NCBI GenBank assembly: GCA_033720735.1
Contig: JAWWBX010000004.1
Location: 1-42,970 of the forward strand
Source of the DNA: Saprospiraceae bacterium
GTDB lineage: Bacteria; Bacteroidota; Bacteroidia; Chitinophagales; Saprospiraceae
Direction of reading: 5' to 3'
Length of the DNA: 42,970 bases
Shown here: positions 10,780 to 20,459 of the stretch, piece after piece
How positions within the stretch are numbered: position 1 is the stretch's first letter
Layout of the letters: each line of letters starts with the position of its first letter
The notes under the pieces: model-generated
What the model was told of the DNA's origin: nothing
The model's database searches: none
The model's input: the letters and a program-made list of their open reading frames with translations, nothing else
Made by a program: the position numbers and the translations under genes

Positions 10780-10893
10780 CGTCTGTCAGTTTGATTGATT
10801 GAAAAAGCGGGCGCAAAGATAATGGAAAGATTGATTTATCGCGTGTATTGGCGCTGATAGATTGACTGGAAACCGGGCCGGTGACGTCCCTGA

Positions 10894-11856
10894 TCAATCC
10901 TGACCGACAAACAGTGCTGAGATCGAGCGGTGCTCGTGCATGTTGCGAATGGCGCGGGCAAAGAGTTTGGCCGACGACAGCACTTTGATCTTGGGTGACT
11001 TCTGATTGAGGGGAATGGTGTCGGTCACAATGACCTCGGTCAGTTCGGATTGCGCGATCGTTTCATAGGCCTTGCCTGACAACACAGGATGGGTGCAGAT
11101 CGCCCGGACCGACACGGCCCCTTTTTTGCGCAGGGCACCTGCTGCCTTGGCCAGCGTACCTGCTGTATCCACCAGGTCATCGATCAGGATCACGTCGGCC
11201 CCTTCGACTTCGCCGATCACCGTCATGCCCGCCACTTCATTGGCACGCTTGCGGTACTTGTCGCAAATGACCATTTCACACCCGAAGTGATTGGCGTAGT
11301 GCCGCGCACGCTTGACGCCGCCGACATCCGGCGATGCGAAGATCACGTTGGTGAGGTCCTGCTTTTCGAGGTATGGAACGAAAATCGCGTTGCTCTGCAA
11401 ATGGTCGACCGGGAGGTCGAAGAATCCCTGGATCTGGTCTGCGTGCAGATCCATGGTCATGATCCTGTCGGCTCCGGCTGCCTGCAGCAAGTTGGCGATG
11501 AGCTTTGCAGAGATCGGCACCCGTGGTTTGTCCTTGCGATCCTGTCGTGCATACCCGTAGTAAGGCATCACTGCAGTGATATATCCCGCCGAGGCCCGCT
11601 TGGCGGCGTCGATCATCAATAACAGTTCCAGCAGATTGCTGGCTGGCGAAAACGTCGATTGAATAAAGAACACGTACGCGCCACGCACTGATTCGTGGAT
11701 GACCGGTTGCATCTCGCCATCGCTAAACCGGGAAAGCTCAAGCTTGCCAAGGGAGTACCCGTAGTAATCTGCGATGCGTTCTGCGAGGTAGTACGATGAG
11801 GTTCCGGAAAAGAGCTTGACTTCCACGTCCTGACTGAATTTGAGATGTGGTGGCAA
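10894..11856 (-). CDS. prs: ribose-phosphate pyrophosphokinase
   Basis: KLFSG..., RFSDGE, VRGxxVFxIQS, and the PRPP-binding loop DDLVDTAGT. The start codon appears to be TTG. Confidence 0.93.
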   Translation of the reverse strand: MPPHLKFSQDVEVKLFSGTSSYYLAERIADYYGYSLGKLELSRFSDGEMQPVIHESVRGAYVFFIQSTFSPASNLLELLLMIDAAKRASAGYITAVMPYYGYARQDRKDKPRVPISAKLIANLLQAAGADRIMTMDLHADQIQGFFDLPVDHLQSNAIFVPYLEKQDLTNVIFASPDVGGVKRARHYANHFGCEMVICDKYRKRANEVAGMTVIGEVEGADVILIDDLVDTAGTLAKAAGALRKKGAVSVRAICTHPVLSGKAYETIAQSELTEVIVTDTIPLNQKSPKIKVLSSAKLFARAIRNMHEHRSISALFVGQD

Positions 11857-12028
11857 AATTAACCGGATTAGGCTAAAAATGGCACGAGACGTTGTCGCCT
11901 AACGATTTTACCCTCTGGACAGTGACCTGTCGTTCGCCGAATTTCCATCGTGCTTGGTCTGAGAATCCAATTCGCTTAAACTCTTTGCCTGGAATTCGCG
12001 TACTTACTTGTAAAGGACCGGATCAAAC

Positions 12029-12667
12029 ATGACCTACCTGTTCTCTCTGGGCGATTGGTGGGATGTACTCAACACCCCCGAAAAAGTCTTCTGGCTGATC
12101 GCCATCATTTTTTCCGTGCTATTCATTGTTCAATTCGGGCTCAGCCTGCTGGGCCTTGATGCGGATACCGATGTGGATGTGGATGCGGACCTCGACGCTG
12201 ATCACGGCTATACGCTGGACAAGGATTTTTCGATCTTCTCCATCCGAAGTGTGATTGCATTCTTCACCTTTTTTGGATGGACCGGCGTCTACCTCCTGTC
12301 CGAGGGCAAGGGGGTCGGCTACACGGTGGCCCTCTCAGCGTTGTCCGGCGGGATCGCCATGTCGATCGTGGCCTATATGATCTTCAAGTTCTCACAACTG
12401 GAGAAATCCGGCACGATCAACCTGCTCCACGCGATCGACCAGACCGGGGAGGTCTACCTGACCATTCCGGAGCAGCTCAGTGGCAACGGCAAGATCCATG
12501 TGATGATCGACGGCACGTTGCACGAGGTGGACGCACAGACACCAGGAGCCGCGATCACAACCGGCCAGAAGGTCAAGGTGATCGACCTCACCGAAGAAGA
12601 CATTATGCTGGTTGAGCCGCTGCCCGAGCTCGACCAGCCATTATATCATTCAGAAACCAACAAATAA
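12029..12667 (+). CDS. YqiJ/NfeD-like inner-membrane protein (N-terminal TM region plus C-terminal OB-fold)
   Basis: TM helices, an Asp-rich low-complexity stretch (DADTDVDVDADLDADHG), and a C-terminal NfeD-type OB domain (GKIHVMIDGTLHEVDAQ...GQKVKVIDL). Its stop lies 3 nt before the flotillin start. Confidence 0.6.
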   Translation: MTYLFSLGDWWDVLNTPEKVFWLIAIIFSVLFIVQFGLSLLGLDADTDVDVDADLDADHGYTLDKDFSIFSIRSVIAFFTFFGWTGVYLLSEGKGVGYTVALSALSGGIAMSIVAYMIFKFSQLEKSGTINLLHAIDQTGEVYLTIPEQLSGNGKIHVMIDGTLHEVDAQTPGAAITTGQKVKVIDLTEEDIMLVEPLPELDQPLYHSETNK

Positions 12668-12670
12668 GAT

Positions 12671-14113
12671 ATGGAAATGGGGCCAGTACTAATTTTTGGA
12701 GTAGGCATCGGACTACTCATTGTCATGATGGGCTTGTGGCTGATCACGCGCTACAAGCGCTGCCCGTCCGACAAGATCCTTGTGATCTACGGAAAGACCA
12801 ATGCTCAGACCTCGGCCAAATGTCTGGCGGGAGGCGCCGCTTTCGTCTGGCCGGTCATTCAGGATTACGAATATCTCGACCTGTCGCCGATCTCGATCGA
12901 TGTCGATCTGCGTGGTGCACTGAGTAAACAGAATATCCGGGTCAATGTACCCAGCCGCTTTACCGTCGGGATCTCCAAGCGCCCGGGTATCATGGAGAAT
13001 GCTGCTGAGCGCTTGCTGGGGAAGCACGACGACGAGATCCAGGCGATCGCCAAGGATATCATCTTCGGTCAGCTTCGTCTGGTGGTGGCCACCATGGACA
13101 TCGAGGAGATTAATTCCGACCGCGACAAATTCCTCGCCAACGTCTCGGCCAACGTCGAGAACGAGTTGCGGAAGATCGGTCTCGAACTGATCAACGTCAA
13201 CGTCACCGACATCCAGGACGAGTCAGGCTATATCGAGGCGCTCGGAAAGGAGGCGGCCGCCAAGGCCATCAACGATGCCAAGAAGAGTGTCGCCGAGAAA
13301 GACCGGGACGGAAGCATCGGCGAAGCGGCCGCCAACATGGACATGCGCATCCAGGTATCCTCAGCGGATGCCGATGCCAAAGTCGGAGAGGCCGAGGCAC
13401 TGGCCAAATCGATCGATGGTGAGAACGAAGCCAAGATCGCCATCGCCAAATCCAATGCCGAGCGTCGTCAGCGCGAAGCCGAGGCCTTGCGGCTCGCCAC
13501 TGCTTCAGAGAAAATCCAGGCGGCCAAGGCGCTGGAGGAGGCGTACGCAGCCGAGCAGGAGGCGGAGAAGGCGCGTGCCGCCCGTGAACTGGCATCGCGT
13601 GAGGCCGACGTCATCGTCGAAGCCGAAATCGCCAAGCGCAAAGCCGAGATCGATGCCGAGGCAGAAGCCGAACGGGTCAGACGCATCGCCAAGGGCGAGG
13701 CAGACGCCGTCTACCTACGGAAAGCGGCCGAAGCAAAAGGGCTGTTCGAGATCCTGCAAAAACAGGCGGAAGGCTTCGACGAGATCGTCAAGGCAACCGG
13801 AGGAGATCCGCGCGACGCGGTGCTGATGCTCATCGCTGACAAACTGCCCGAACTGGTCAAGACCCAGGTCGATGCGATCAAGAACATCAAGATCGACAAG
13901 GTGACCGTCTGGGAGGGTGGCAACCAACAGGAAGGCGAAGGCAACAGCACCTCCAAGTTCATATCCGGACTGTACAAGGCCGTGCCCCCGATGAGCGACT
14001 TGTTCAACATGGCGGGGATGGACCTGCCGGGCTACCTCGGCAAGGAAAAAGACAACGGGATCGAGGACATCGAGGAGGTGAAGGAGATCAGGAAGGCCAA
14101 AGAGGAGGAATAG
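12671..14113 (+). CDS. flotillin/SPFH (band-7) family protein, YqiK-like
   Basis: N-terminal TM anchor, SPFH domain, and a long Ala/Glu-rich coiled coil (the EA-repeat flotillin domain). Confidence 0.85.
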   Translation: MEMGPVLIFGVGIGLLIVMMGLWLITRYKRCPSDKILVIYGKTNAQTSAKCLAGGAAFVWPVIQDYEYLDLSPISIDVDLRGALSKQNIRVNVPSRFTVGISKRPGIMENAAERLLGKHDDEIQAIAKDIIFGQLRLVVATMDIEEINSDRDKFLANVSANVENELRKIGLELINVNVTDIQDESGYIEALGKEAAAKAINDAKKSVAEKDRDGSIGEAAANMDMRIQVSSADADAKVGEAEALAKSIDGENEAKIAIAKSNAERRQREAEALRLATASEKIQAAKALEEAYAAEQEAEKARAARELASREADVIVEAEIAKRKAEIDAEAEAERVRRIAKGEADAVYLRKAAEAKGLFEILQKQAEGFDEIVKATGGDPRDAVLMLIADKLPELVKTQVDAIKNIKIDKVTVWEGGNQQEGEGNSTSKFISGLYKAVPPMSDLFNMAGMDLPGYLGKEKDNGIEDIEEVKEIRKAKEEE

Positions 14114-14179
14114 GCACTGGCGCGACTGCCGGCTTTTTGCGACATTTGCGCGAAATCAGAAACCGAATTTCGCAATCCC

Positions 14180-15430
14180 ATGTCTGTCTTTGTTCCATTC
14201 AAGGCGTACCGCCCAACCAAAGATGCGGTTGAGCAGGTCTCGTCCAGGCCGTACGACGTGCTCAACACAGAAGAAGCACGCGCAGAAAGCGCCGGTAATC
14301 CCAATTCCTATTACCGCGTGATCAAACCGGAGATCGACTTTCCGGAAGGGCAGGATCCGTACGATCCGGCGGTCTACGCCCGGGGAAAGGAAAACCTCCA
14401 GCGCCTGATCAATCAGGGTCTCATGCAGCAGGATGATGTCGAAAGCTTTTACGTCTACCGGCTGAAGATGGGTGATCATGTGCAGACCGGCCTGGTCGGC
14501 TGCTGCTCGATCGACGACTATTTCAACAACGTCATCAAGAAACACGAGCTGACAAAGCCCAGGGTCGAAGACGATCGCAAGCAGCACGTGGTGATCAGTG
14601 AATTCAACTACGAGCCGGTCTTTTTCTCTTACCATGGCGTGGACGAGATCGACACGATTGTGGAGCAGGCCACTCAACATGAACCGCTCTACGACTTTGT
14701 CTCTGGTGATGGCGTGCACCATATGTTGTGGGCCATCGACGATCCCGATACCACCTCCATGATCACCCGCATCTTTGAGCAACATGTCGATGCCATTTAT
14801 ATCGCTGACGGGCATCACCGTACAGCTGCCGGGTCGCTGGGCGGCAGGGACCTTCGCGACGCCGCAGGAGCCAACGGCACGGGTGAACACCGCTATGGCT
14901 ACCTGATGTCGGTGCTGTTTCCTGAGCGGGAGGTCCGGATCATGGATTACAACCGGGTGGTTCGTGATCTCAACGGTATGTCACCGGATGCATTCCTTGC
15001 GCAACTCCAACGCGCGTTTGATGTCGAGGCGCAGGCAGGGCCCTACCGGCCCGAGTCACACCAGACGATTGGCATGTATCTGGATGGCAAATGGTACCGG
15101 CTGGTGGCGCGCGAAAGCACGTTCGATCCGGAGGATCCGGTCGACGCGCTGGGCTTCACCATCCTCTCGAAGCAGGTGCTGGAACCCTTGCTGAACATTG
15201 TGGATCTCCGCCGTGACAAGCGCATCGATTTCGTTGGCGGCATCCGTGGGCTCGCAGAACTGGAGCGTCGCGTCGACAGTGGGGAGATGGCAGTCGCCTT
15301 TGCCATGCACCCGATCAGCATGGAGCAACTGATGCACATCTCCGACGAGGGGTTGATCCTCCCGCCGAAGGTCACCTGGTTTGAACCGAAGCTGCGCAGC
15401 GGGCTGTTTGCCCATGACCTGCGCAGGTAA
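14180..15430 (+). CDS. DUF1015 family protein
   Basis: 416 aa. The N-terminus MSVFVPFKAYRP...VSSRPYDVLNTEEAR and overall layout match DUF1015. It sits downstream of the flotillin pair. Confidence 0.55.
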   Translation: MSVFVPFKAYRPTKDAVEQVSSRPYDVLNTEEARAESAGNPNSYYRVIKPEIDFPEGQDPYDPAVYARGKENLQRLINQGLMQQDDVESFYVYRLKMGDHVQTGLVGCCSIDDYFNNVIKKHELTKPRVEDDRKQHVVISEFNYEPVFFSYHGVDEIDTIVEQATQHEPLYDFVSGDGVHHMLWAIDDPDTTSMITRIFEQHVDAIYIADGHHRTAAGSLGGRDLRDAAGANGTGEHRYGYLMSVLFPEREVRIMDYNRVVRDLNGMSPDAFLAQLQRAFDVEAQAGPYRPESHQTIGMYLDGKWYRLVARESTFDPEDPVDALGFTILSKQVLEPLLNIVDLRRDKRIDFVGGIRGLAELERRVDSGEMAVAFAMHPISMEQLMHISDEGLILPPKVTWFEPKLRSGLFAHDLRR

Positions 15431-15449
15431 CCCATTTGCCTGGATCCTG

Positions 15450-18400
15450 TTAGCTCTTACCGCTCAGACCCTTGGCAGTCCGGTTTTCTGGCGGTGGCGC
15501 CGGCGTCATTTGCGGTGCTTCAGGCAGCAACTTCAGCACCTCCTGTACCACTCGCTCGATCTGCGGATCGCGGCCCTGAACAAGGATATTGGGATCGTCC
15601 CAGACCTCGATGTCGGGTGCCACACCCTCTCCTTCCCAGAACCAGTGTCCGTCATTGTCGTACAGGCGTGCACCAGGTACAGTGATCCCTCCGCCGTCGA
15701 TCAGCCGGTGTCCGGTCGCCGGACCAACCAGGATGCCCAGCGTGCGCTCGCCGACGATCGGGCCAGCCTCCAGCTCCTGAAAGGCCCAGGGCAGACCGTC
15801 TCCTCCTGATCCTGCCCAGCCGTTGATCAGCATGCCCATGGGACCGGTATTGGTCTTGACCGGCCAGGTGTGATCTTTGCCGTGACGCCAGTGCAGATTA
15901 TATACGACCGGACGCTGCATCAGCTCGAGGAAGCGATCCGCCAGTTGACCTCCGCCATTAAAACGCTCGTCAATAATGAAGCCCTTCTTGTCCAGTTGCC
16001 CATAGTACATCTTCACCAATTCCAGTTGACCACGCCCGGCGGTGTTTGACATGTAGATGTAACCGAGCTGACCGTCAGACAGCTCGTCGACCATCTTGCG
16101 GTTGTTCTCAATCCACTCCAGGTAACGCAGCTGTGTTTCCTCTCCAGGTGTCAGGCACTCGACCACGACTTCTTTGGCATCAGCCTCCAGACCTGAGCTG
16201 CTCACATCAAGAACGACCACCTTGCCATCCAGTCCTTCAAAGGCAGCATAGGGATCCTTCTGTGGATCGAGCGTCATCCCGTTGACCGCCAGGATGTAGT
16301 CGCCTTCTCCTACTTCCGACCCCGGTTTGTCGAATGGCGACCGCACTTCGGTATCCCATGCAGCAGGCCGGACGATACGCTTGATCCTGAACCGGTCACC
16401 CGCCTGCTCCCAGTCGATACCCAGATAGCCGGTAGAGCGTCTTGGCGCCTGCTCGACATCGCCTCCGCGCGTGTAGGTGTGTCCGGCGCTCAGTTCTGCA
16501 GCCAGATCTGACTGGATATTCGACACATCCCAGCGGGTGCGCGCATCCTTGAGCAAAGCGCCATAGCGATCACGCAACTCCTCCCAGTCCAGCCCATGCA
16601 TGGCCGGATCATAGAAAAAGTCGCGATGCCGGCGCCAGGTATCCATGAAGATCTGGTTCCATTCCTCCCGGGGCACCAGGTTCATCACCAGCCCGTCGGT
16701 GGGGATTGCGTCCTTGATCTTTTGATCGGGCGCAGGCCTGACAATCCCGTACCTGTTGCCGCTGCGCACCAGGAGTGCTTTGCGGTCGGCCGTGAGGCTC
16801 ACACTCCGCACGCCCGAGATGACCGTTTTCTCTTCGCGCTCCTCCAGGTCATACAACTGCAACGATGGCTCGCCGTCGGCACCGGTGTTGGGGAAGCGCA
16901 GGTACACGATCTTGCCTTCGAAAGCCACGATCCCACCAATGTTGCCGGCCGCCGGCGGCAGCAACTCCAAACGGGACTCGATATCCTGGAAGTCGACCTC
17001 CACACCGGTATCAGCGGCGTCAGCAGAACTGTCATCCGCAGCGGCCGGCTTGTCGGCTTCCTTCTTTTTTGGGGCGTCCTTTCCTTCGGGTTTCTGCTCC
17101 TCCTTGTCGTCAGTTTCTTTTTCCTCTTCCGGTGTGTAGGTATCGTACTTCGGCGCGAGCAGTGAGCCGCCGTCCCTGGTCAGGCTCAACGCCGCGATCC
17201 GGGTTGAGTTGGGATAGATCCAGGTACCGTCATTCATGTCGGAATAGGTGGCCGACAGCTCGCGGTTTGTCATATAGAACAGATGCTTGCCATCAGCGCT
17301 GAAGGTCGGAGCGATGTCCTCGTAAAAGCCGCTTGTCACCTGATGCTTCTCGCCCTTCTCCACGTCATACATGAAGATCGAGTTGTTGGCATTGTCAAGG
17401 CCTTCTGTAAACGTGATCCATCTGGAGTCTGGCGACCACTCGATCGGATAGCCGTGCCGCGCACCATGACCTGTGTTCCACCGGGTATTGCCTGCCACGG
17501 TGATGGCCCCGGTCGTCGCATCTGCCAGACAGATATCGTTCTTTTCGTCAATAAAAGCGAGACGCTTGCTGTCGGGCGACCATTGCAGTGTATAGCCATA
17601 GCCCTTGCCCCGTTTGGTCAGCTGCTTCGCCGCTGACTTGCCGTCGGCCGGCTGCAGCCAGATCTCGTTCTCTCCGGAGCGATCGCTCCAGTAGGCGATC
17701 TGTTTGCCGTCAGGAGACCAGGCAGGTTCGCGGTCGAACGCACCGCTCGATTGCGTCATATTGATCACATAGCCTTCTTTGGCCGGTACATTGAACAACT
17801 CGCCCCGGGCTTCGAAGACGACGCGCTTGCCTTCCGGCGAGGCTGTCATATTCTGGATCGATCTGCTGACATCCTCGGCACGCGGCATTTCGGCCGAGAG
17901 GTCCGAGATCACGTGCACCGGCACCTCTTTTGCCTGCCTGGACTTGATGTCCATCAGGTAGAGCGTTCCTCCCGACTCGTAGACGATATCCTGCGGACCG
18001 GCTGACATGTAAGTGATATCAAAATCACCATGCCGGGTGACTTGCCGCAGTTCTTTGTTCTGCGTATTGTACACCCAGATATTGCGGCGCATGTCGTCAG
18101 CGCGGTCTGAGAGAAAGTAGATCTCATTGCCTACCCAGGAGGGTTTGCCATCATTGGCGCGATGTTGCGTGATGTTCTCGGCGGAATTCGCGGTGAGATC
18201 AAAGATGATCACGTCCGAACTCAAACCACCCCGGTAGCGCTTGAATGGATAGTTTTCCGTGATCTTGGTGATATATGCCAGTTTGTTGCCATCCGGGGAA
18301 AAGCTGGCAAGCTCTCCATATGGTATGGCCAGCTTCTCGGGCAAGCCACCGTCCTTGTCAACCAGGAAGAACTGCCGCGAGGAGCGTTGTCCCAGTTCTC

Positions 18401-18788
18401 TGCGCGAGGCAAACAGGATCCGCTCGCCATCAGGGTGCCAGTCGAGCATGCGATCGGGATGCGACTGGTAGGTGACCCGCGTGGGCACACCACCCTTGAC
18501 GGGTATCACGTAGACATCCACGTTTCCATTGTACATCGCAGAATAGCCGATCCATTGGCCGTCGGGTGAAAAGCGTGGCCAGGATTCCTCCCCCGGGGAG
18601 TTGGTGATCTGAATGGCGGTTCCGCCATTTTTATCCATGACCCAGATGTCGCCTCCGTATACGAAGGTGATCTGGCTATCGGAAACGTCCAGGTAACGCA
18701 TCAGCTTGGCGTTGATCTGGGCCGAAGCCGTGATGGCTGTCAAAGTGAAAGCGAGAAAGAGTAGTGTGTATTTCATTCTGGTAATCAT
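15450..18788 (-). CDS. tricorn-protease homologue (S41 family)
   Basis: 1112 aa. It has a signal peptide, two beta-propeller regions (TolB/WD40-like repeats), a PDZ domain, and the S41 catalytic domain at the C-terminus. Confidence 0.85.
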   Translation of the reverse strand: MITRMKYTLLFLAFTLTAITASAQINAKLMRYLDVSDSQITFVYGGDIWVMDKNGGTAIQITNSPGEESWPRFSPDGQWIGYSAMYNGNVDVYVIPVKGGVPTRVTYQSHPDRMLDWHPDGERILFASRRELGQRSSRQFFLVDKDGGLPEKLAIPYGELASFSPDGNKLAYITKITENYPFKRYRGGLSSDVIIFDLTANSAENITQHRANDGKPSWVGNEIYFLSDRADDMRRNIWVYNTQNKELRQVTRHGDFDITYMSAGPQDIVYESGGTLYLMDIKSRQAKEVPVHVISDLSAEMPRAEDVSRSIQNMTASPEGKRVVFEARGELFNVPAKEGYVINMTQSSGAFDREPAWSPDGKQIAYWSDRSGENEIWLQPADGKSAAKQLTKRGKGYGYTLQWSPDSKRLAFIDEKNDICLADATTGAITVAGNTRWNTGHGARHGYPIEWSPDSRWITFTEGLDNANNSIFMYDVEKGEKHQVTSGFYEDIAPTFSADGKHLFYMTNRELSATYSDMNDGTWIYPNSTRIAALSLTRDGGSLLAPKYDTYTPEEEKETDDKEEQKPEGKDAPKKKEADKPAAADDSSADAADTGVEVDFQDIESRLELLPPAAGNIGGIVAFEGKIVYLRFPNTGADGEPSLQLYDLEEREEKTVISGVRSVSLTADRKALLVRSGNRYGIVRPAPDQKIKDAIPTDGLVMNLVPREEWNQIFMDTWRRHRDFFYDPAMHGLDWEELRDRYGALLKDARTRWDVSNIQSDLAAELSAGHTYTRGGDVEQAPRRSTGYLGIDWEQAGDRFRIKRIVRPAAWDTEVRSPFDKPGSEVGEGDYILAVNGMTLDPQKDPYAAFEGLDGKVVVLDVSSSGLEADAKEVVVECLTPGEETQLRYLEWIENNRKMVDELSDGQLGYIYMSNTAGRGQLELVKMYYGQLDKKGFIIDERFNGGGQLADRFLELMQRPVVYNLHWRHGKDHTWPVKTNTGPMGMLINGWAGSGGDGLPWAFQELEAGPIVGERTLGILVGPATGHRLIDGGGITVPGARLYDNDGHWFWEGEGVAPDIEVWDDPNILVQGRDPQIERVVQEVLKLLPEAPQMTPAPPPENRTAKGLSGKS

Positions 18789-18995
18789 GATAAATGATGA
18801 AGGACGGCTAAAATATCGATTATCTGTCAGGCGGCCGGATTCAATCTTCGATCGGTCTCAAACACTCGACAAACCCCGATTTGCGACTGACCTGACAAGA
18901 CTGTGAACATCCCTGCTTGTTTTCCGAACATGACTGCAGGCCCTGCAACAGTGACTCCCGCAACTTTGGGATATGTCATCCAAAAACACATTCAA

Positions 18996-19550
18996 ATGAA
19001 AAATTCTGCTGATTCAATGATCATGTTCATTTGCACATTCTTTACACTCTTGATCGCCGGGGACTTTTCTTCTTGCGGTGGTGCGCGGACTGTCGCATGC
19101 GAAGACCGCGATGAACCTACATCCGTCGTACATTTTACGAACAAGACGCCTGACTATTGGAGAGTGCTGGCCGTGGGTTCCGACAAGAGCTGGTCTGGCC
19201 ACTTTGACCATGTCGAAAGCGGAACGTACACAGGTTGGGCCAAAGCTCTTCCGGTCTCGATCGTGGCGGACACGACCACCTACATCTTCGAGCGCGCAGG
19301 ATCTGCCGACACATTGTCATTCACCTATGTCAGGGACATCCGCTTCGAATCCCCGGATTGTGGGTTTACTGTGACCCTGCAAGAGCTGCGCTTGACCGAG
19401 GCATCGACCTTTCGCGATGTGGAGTTTACCGTGCACACCGGTACCGGGAGAGCGCCTTCGCGCCCCGAAGGCCTCACCACCGCACATCTTCCTGCGGCGA
19501 GCTTCCATCTTGGTAATAACATCTATCAGATCACAATCGGTGATGAATAG
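18996..19550 (+). CDS. hypothetical exported protein or lipoprotein
   Basis: The track ORF starts with GTG at 18903. An ATG at 18996 gives MKNSADSMIMFICTFFTLLIAGDFSSCGG, a signal peptide with a Cys. No recognisable domain. Confidence 0.4.
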   Translation: MKNSADSMIMFICTFFTLLIAGDFSSCGGARTVACEDRDEPTSVVHFTNKTPDYWRVLAVGSDKSWSGHFDHVESGTYTGWAKALPVSIVADTTTYIFERAGSADTLSFTYVRDIRFESPDCGFTVTLQELRLTEASTFRDVEFTVHTGTGRAPSRPEGLTTAHLPAASFHLGNNIYQITIGDE

Positions 19551-19602
19551 GCAGGTCCTGCATCAGATCGCGGTCAGCAATGATCATCTAAAAAACGGTA
19601 AC

Positions 19603-20259
19603 ATGGCAACGACAACACCTCCGTTCAAAAGCATCCTCCTTCCGTTTGTGATCATGTTTTGCAGCATGACACTGACAAGCCAGGAACACTCCAACGGATA
19701 CATCGGCATCCGGTTGGCAGGCAATGACTTCAGCGGCACGACCAGGCATGATCTCGACGATACCGAGATCAAGTTTGACAAACGTACCAATATTGAGATC
19801 CTCGGAGCGCGCAGGATTTCGCAGGGGCTTCTGATCAGGGTGTCAGTCGGGTATACACAAGTGGAAGAGAAGCGCCTGTATGTCAATTACGACTATCGCC
19901 ATAGTGGTGTATACACCCGGATAGGGATTGTCGCGGACAGCGAATTGGACACGCGCTTTGCACTGCATCCCGGACTGGCTCTCTACTATGCCAAATTCGC
20001 TGAACGCGGGACATACACCTTGACAGGCCAGAGTTTTGGTGATCTCACGGGGCAAGTGCGAAGAGGTCTTCATGCCTTCTCCCTCGAACCGCACCTGGAC
20101 CTGCGGTTAAGGCTCATGCAACGCCTTGCGTTGCAGACTTCCTTCAAGTATAATTGGCTGTTGACAAGATCCAAACCCGATTCGCATCCGGTCATCCATA
20201 TACCCGGCCGGGGTATGAAGGATGTGGGTCTGGATCTTTCCCTGGTCTATCAGTTCTAG
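19603..20259 (+). CDS. small outer-membrane beta-barrel protein (OmpA-like, ~8 strands)
   Basis: Signal peptide MATTTPPFKSILLPFVIMFCSMTLTSQE, amphipathic alternating beta-strand segments, and a C-terminal ...LSLVYQF ending in Phe, the typical OMP sorting signal. Confidence 0.45.
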   Translation: MATTTPPFKSILLPFVIMFCSMTLTSQEHSNGYIGIRLAGNDFSGTTRHDLDDTEIKFDKRTNIEILGARRISQGLLIRVSVGYTQVEEKRLYVNYDYRHSGVYTRIGIVADSELDTRFALHPGLALYYAKFAERGTYTLTGQSFGDLTGQVRRGLHAFSLEPHLDLRLRLMQRLALQTSFKYNWLLTRSKPDSHPVIHIPGRGMKDVGLDLSLVYQF

Positions 20260-20396
20260 TCCCCTCCCGACCCGTGAATTGAGATGATGCAATGGATACC
20301 GTGCTTTCCATATCTCGTCTCCGGTTACATCCCCGTATCTTTGGAGCGATCCTTGTAACACGATTGTGGATGTCCGGTACTGGGCATTGGTAGTCA

Positions 20397-20404
20397 TACA
20401 TTTG
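20397..20404 (+). promoter_or_regulatory. Bacteroidota-type -7 promoter element TAcaTTTG (TAnnTTTG) upstream of deoC
   Basis: gtcaTACATTTGagca lies 56 nt upstream of the homology-defined deoC ATG (20460). No clean -33 TTTG is present. Confidence 0.35.
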
Positions 20405-20459
20405 AGCAATGGGGACGGTAAAGGAAAAACATCGCAGCAATGGCAAGAACCTGCCAGGC

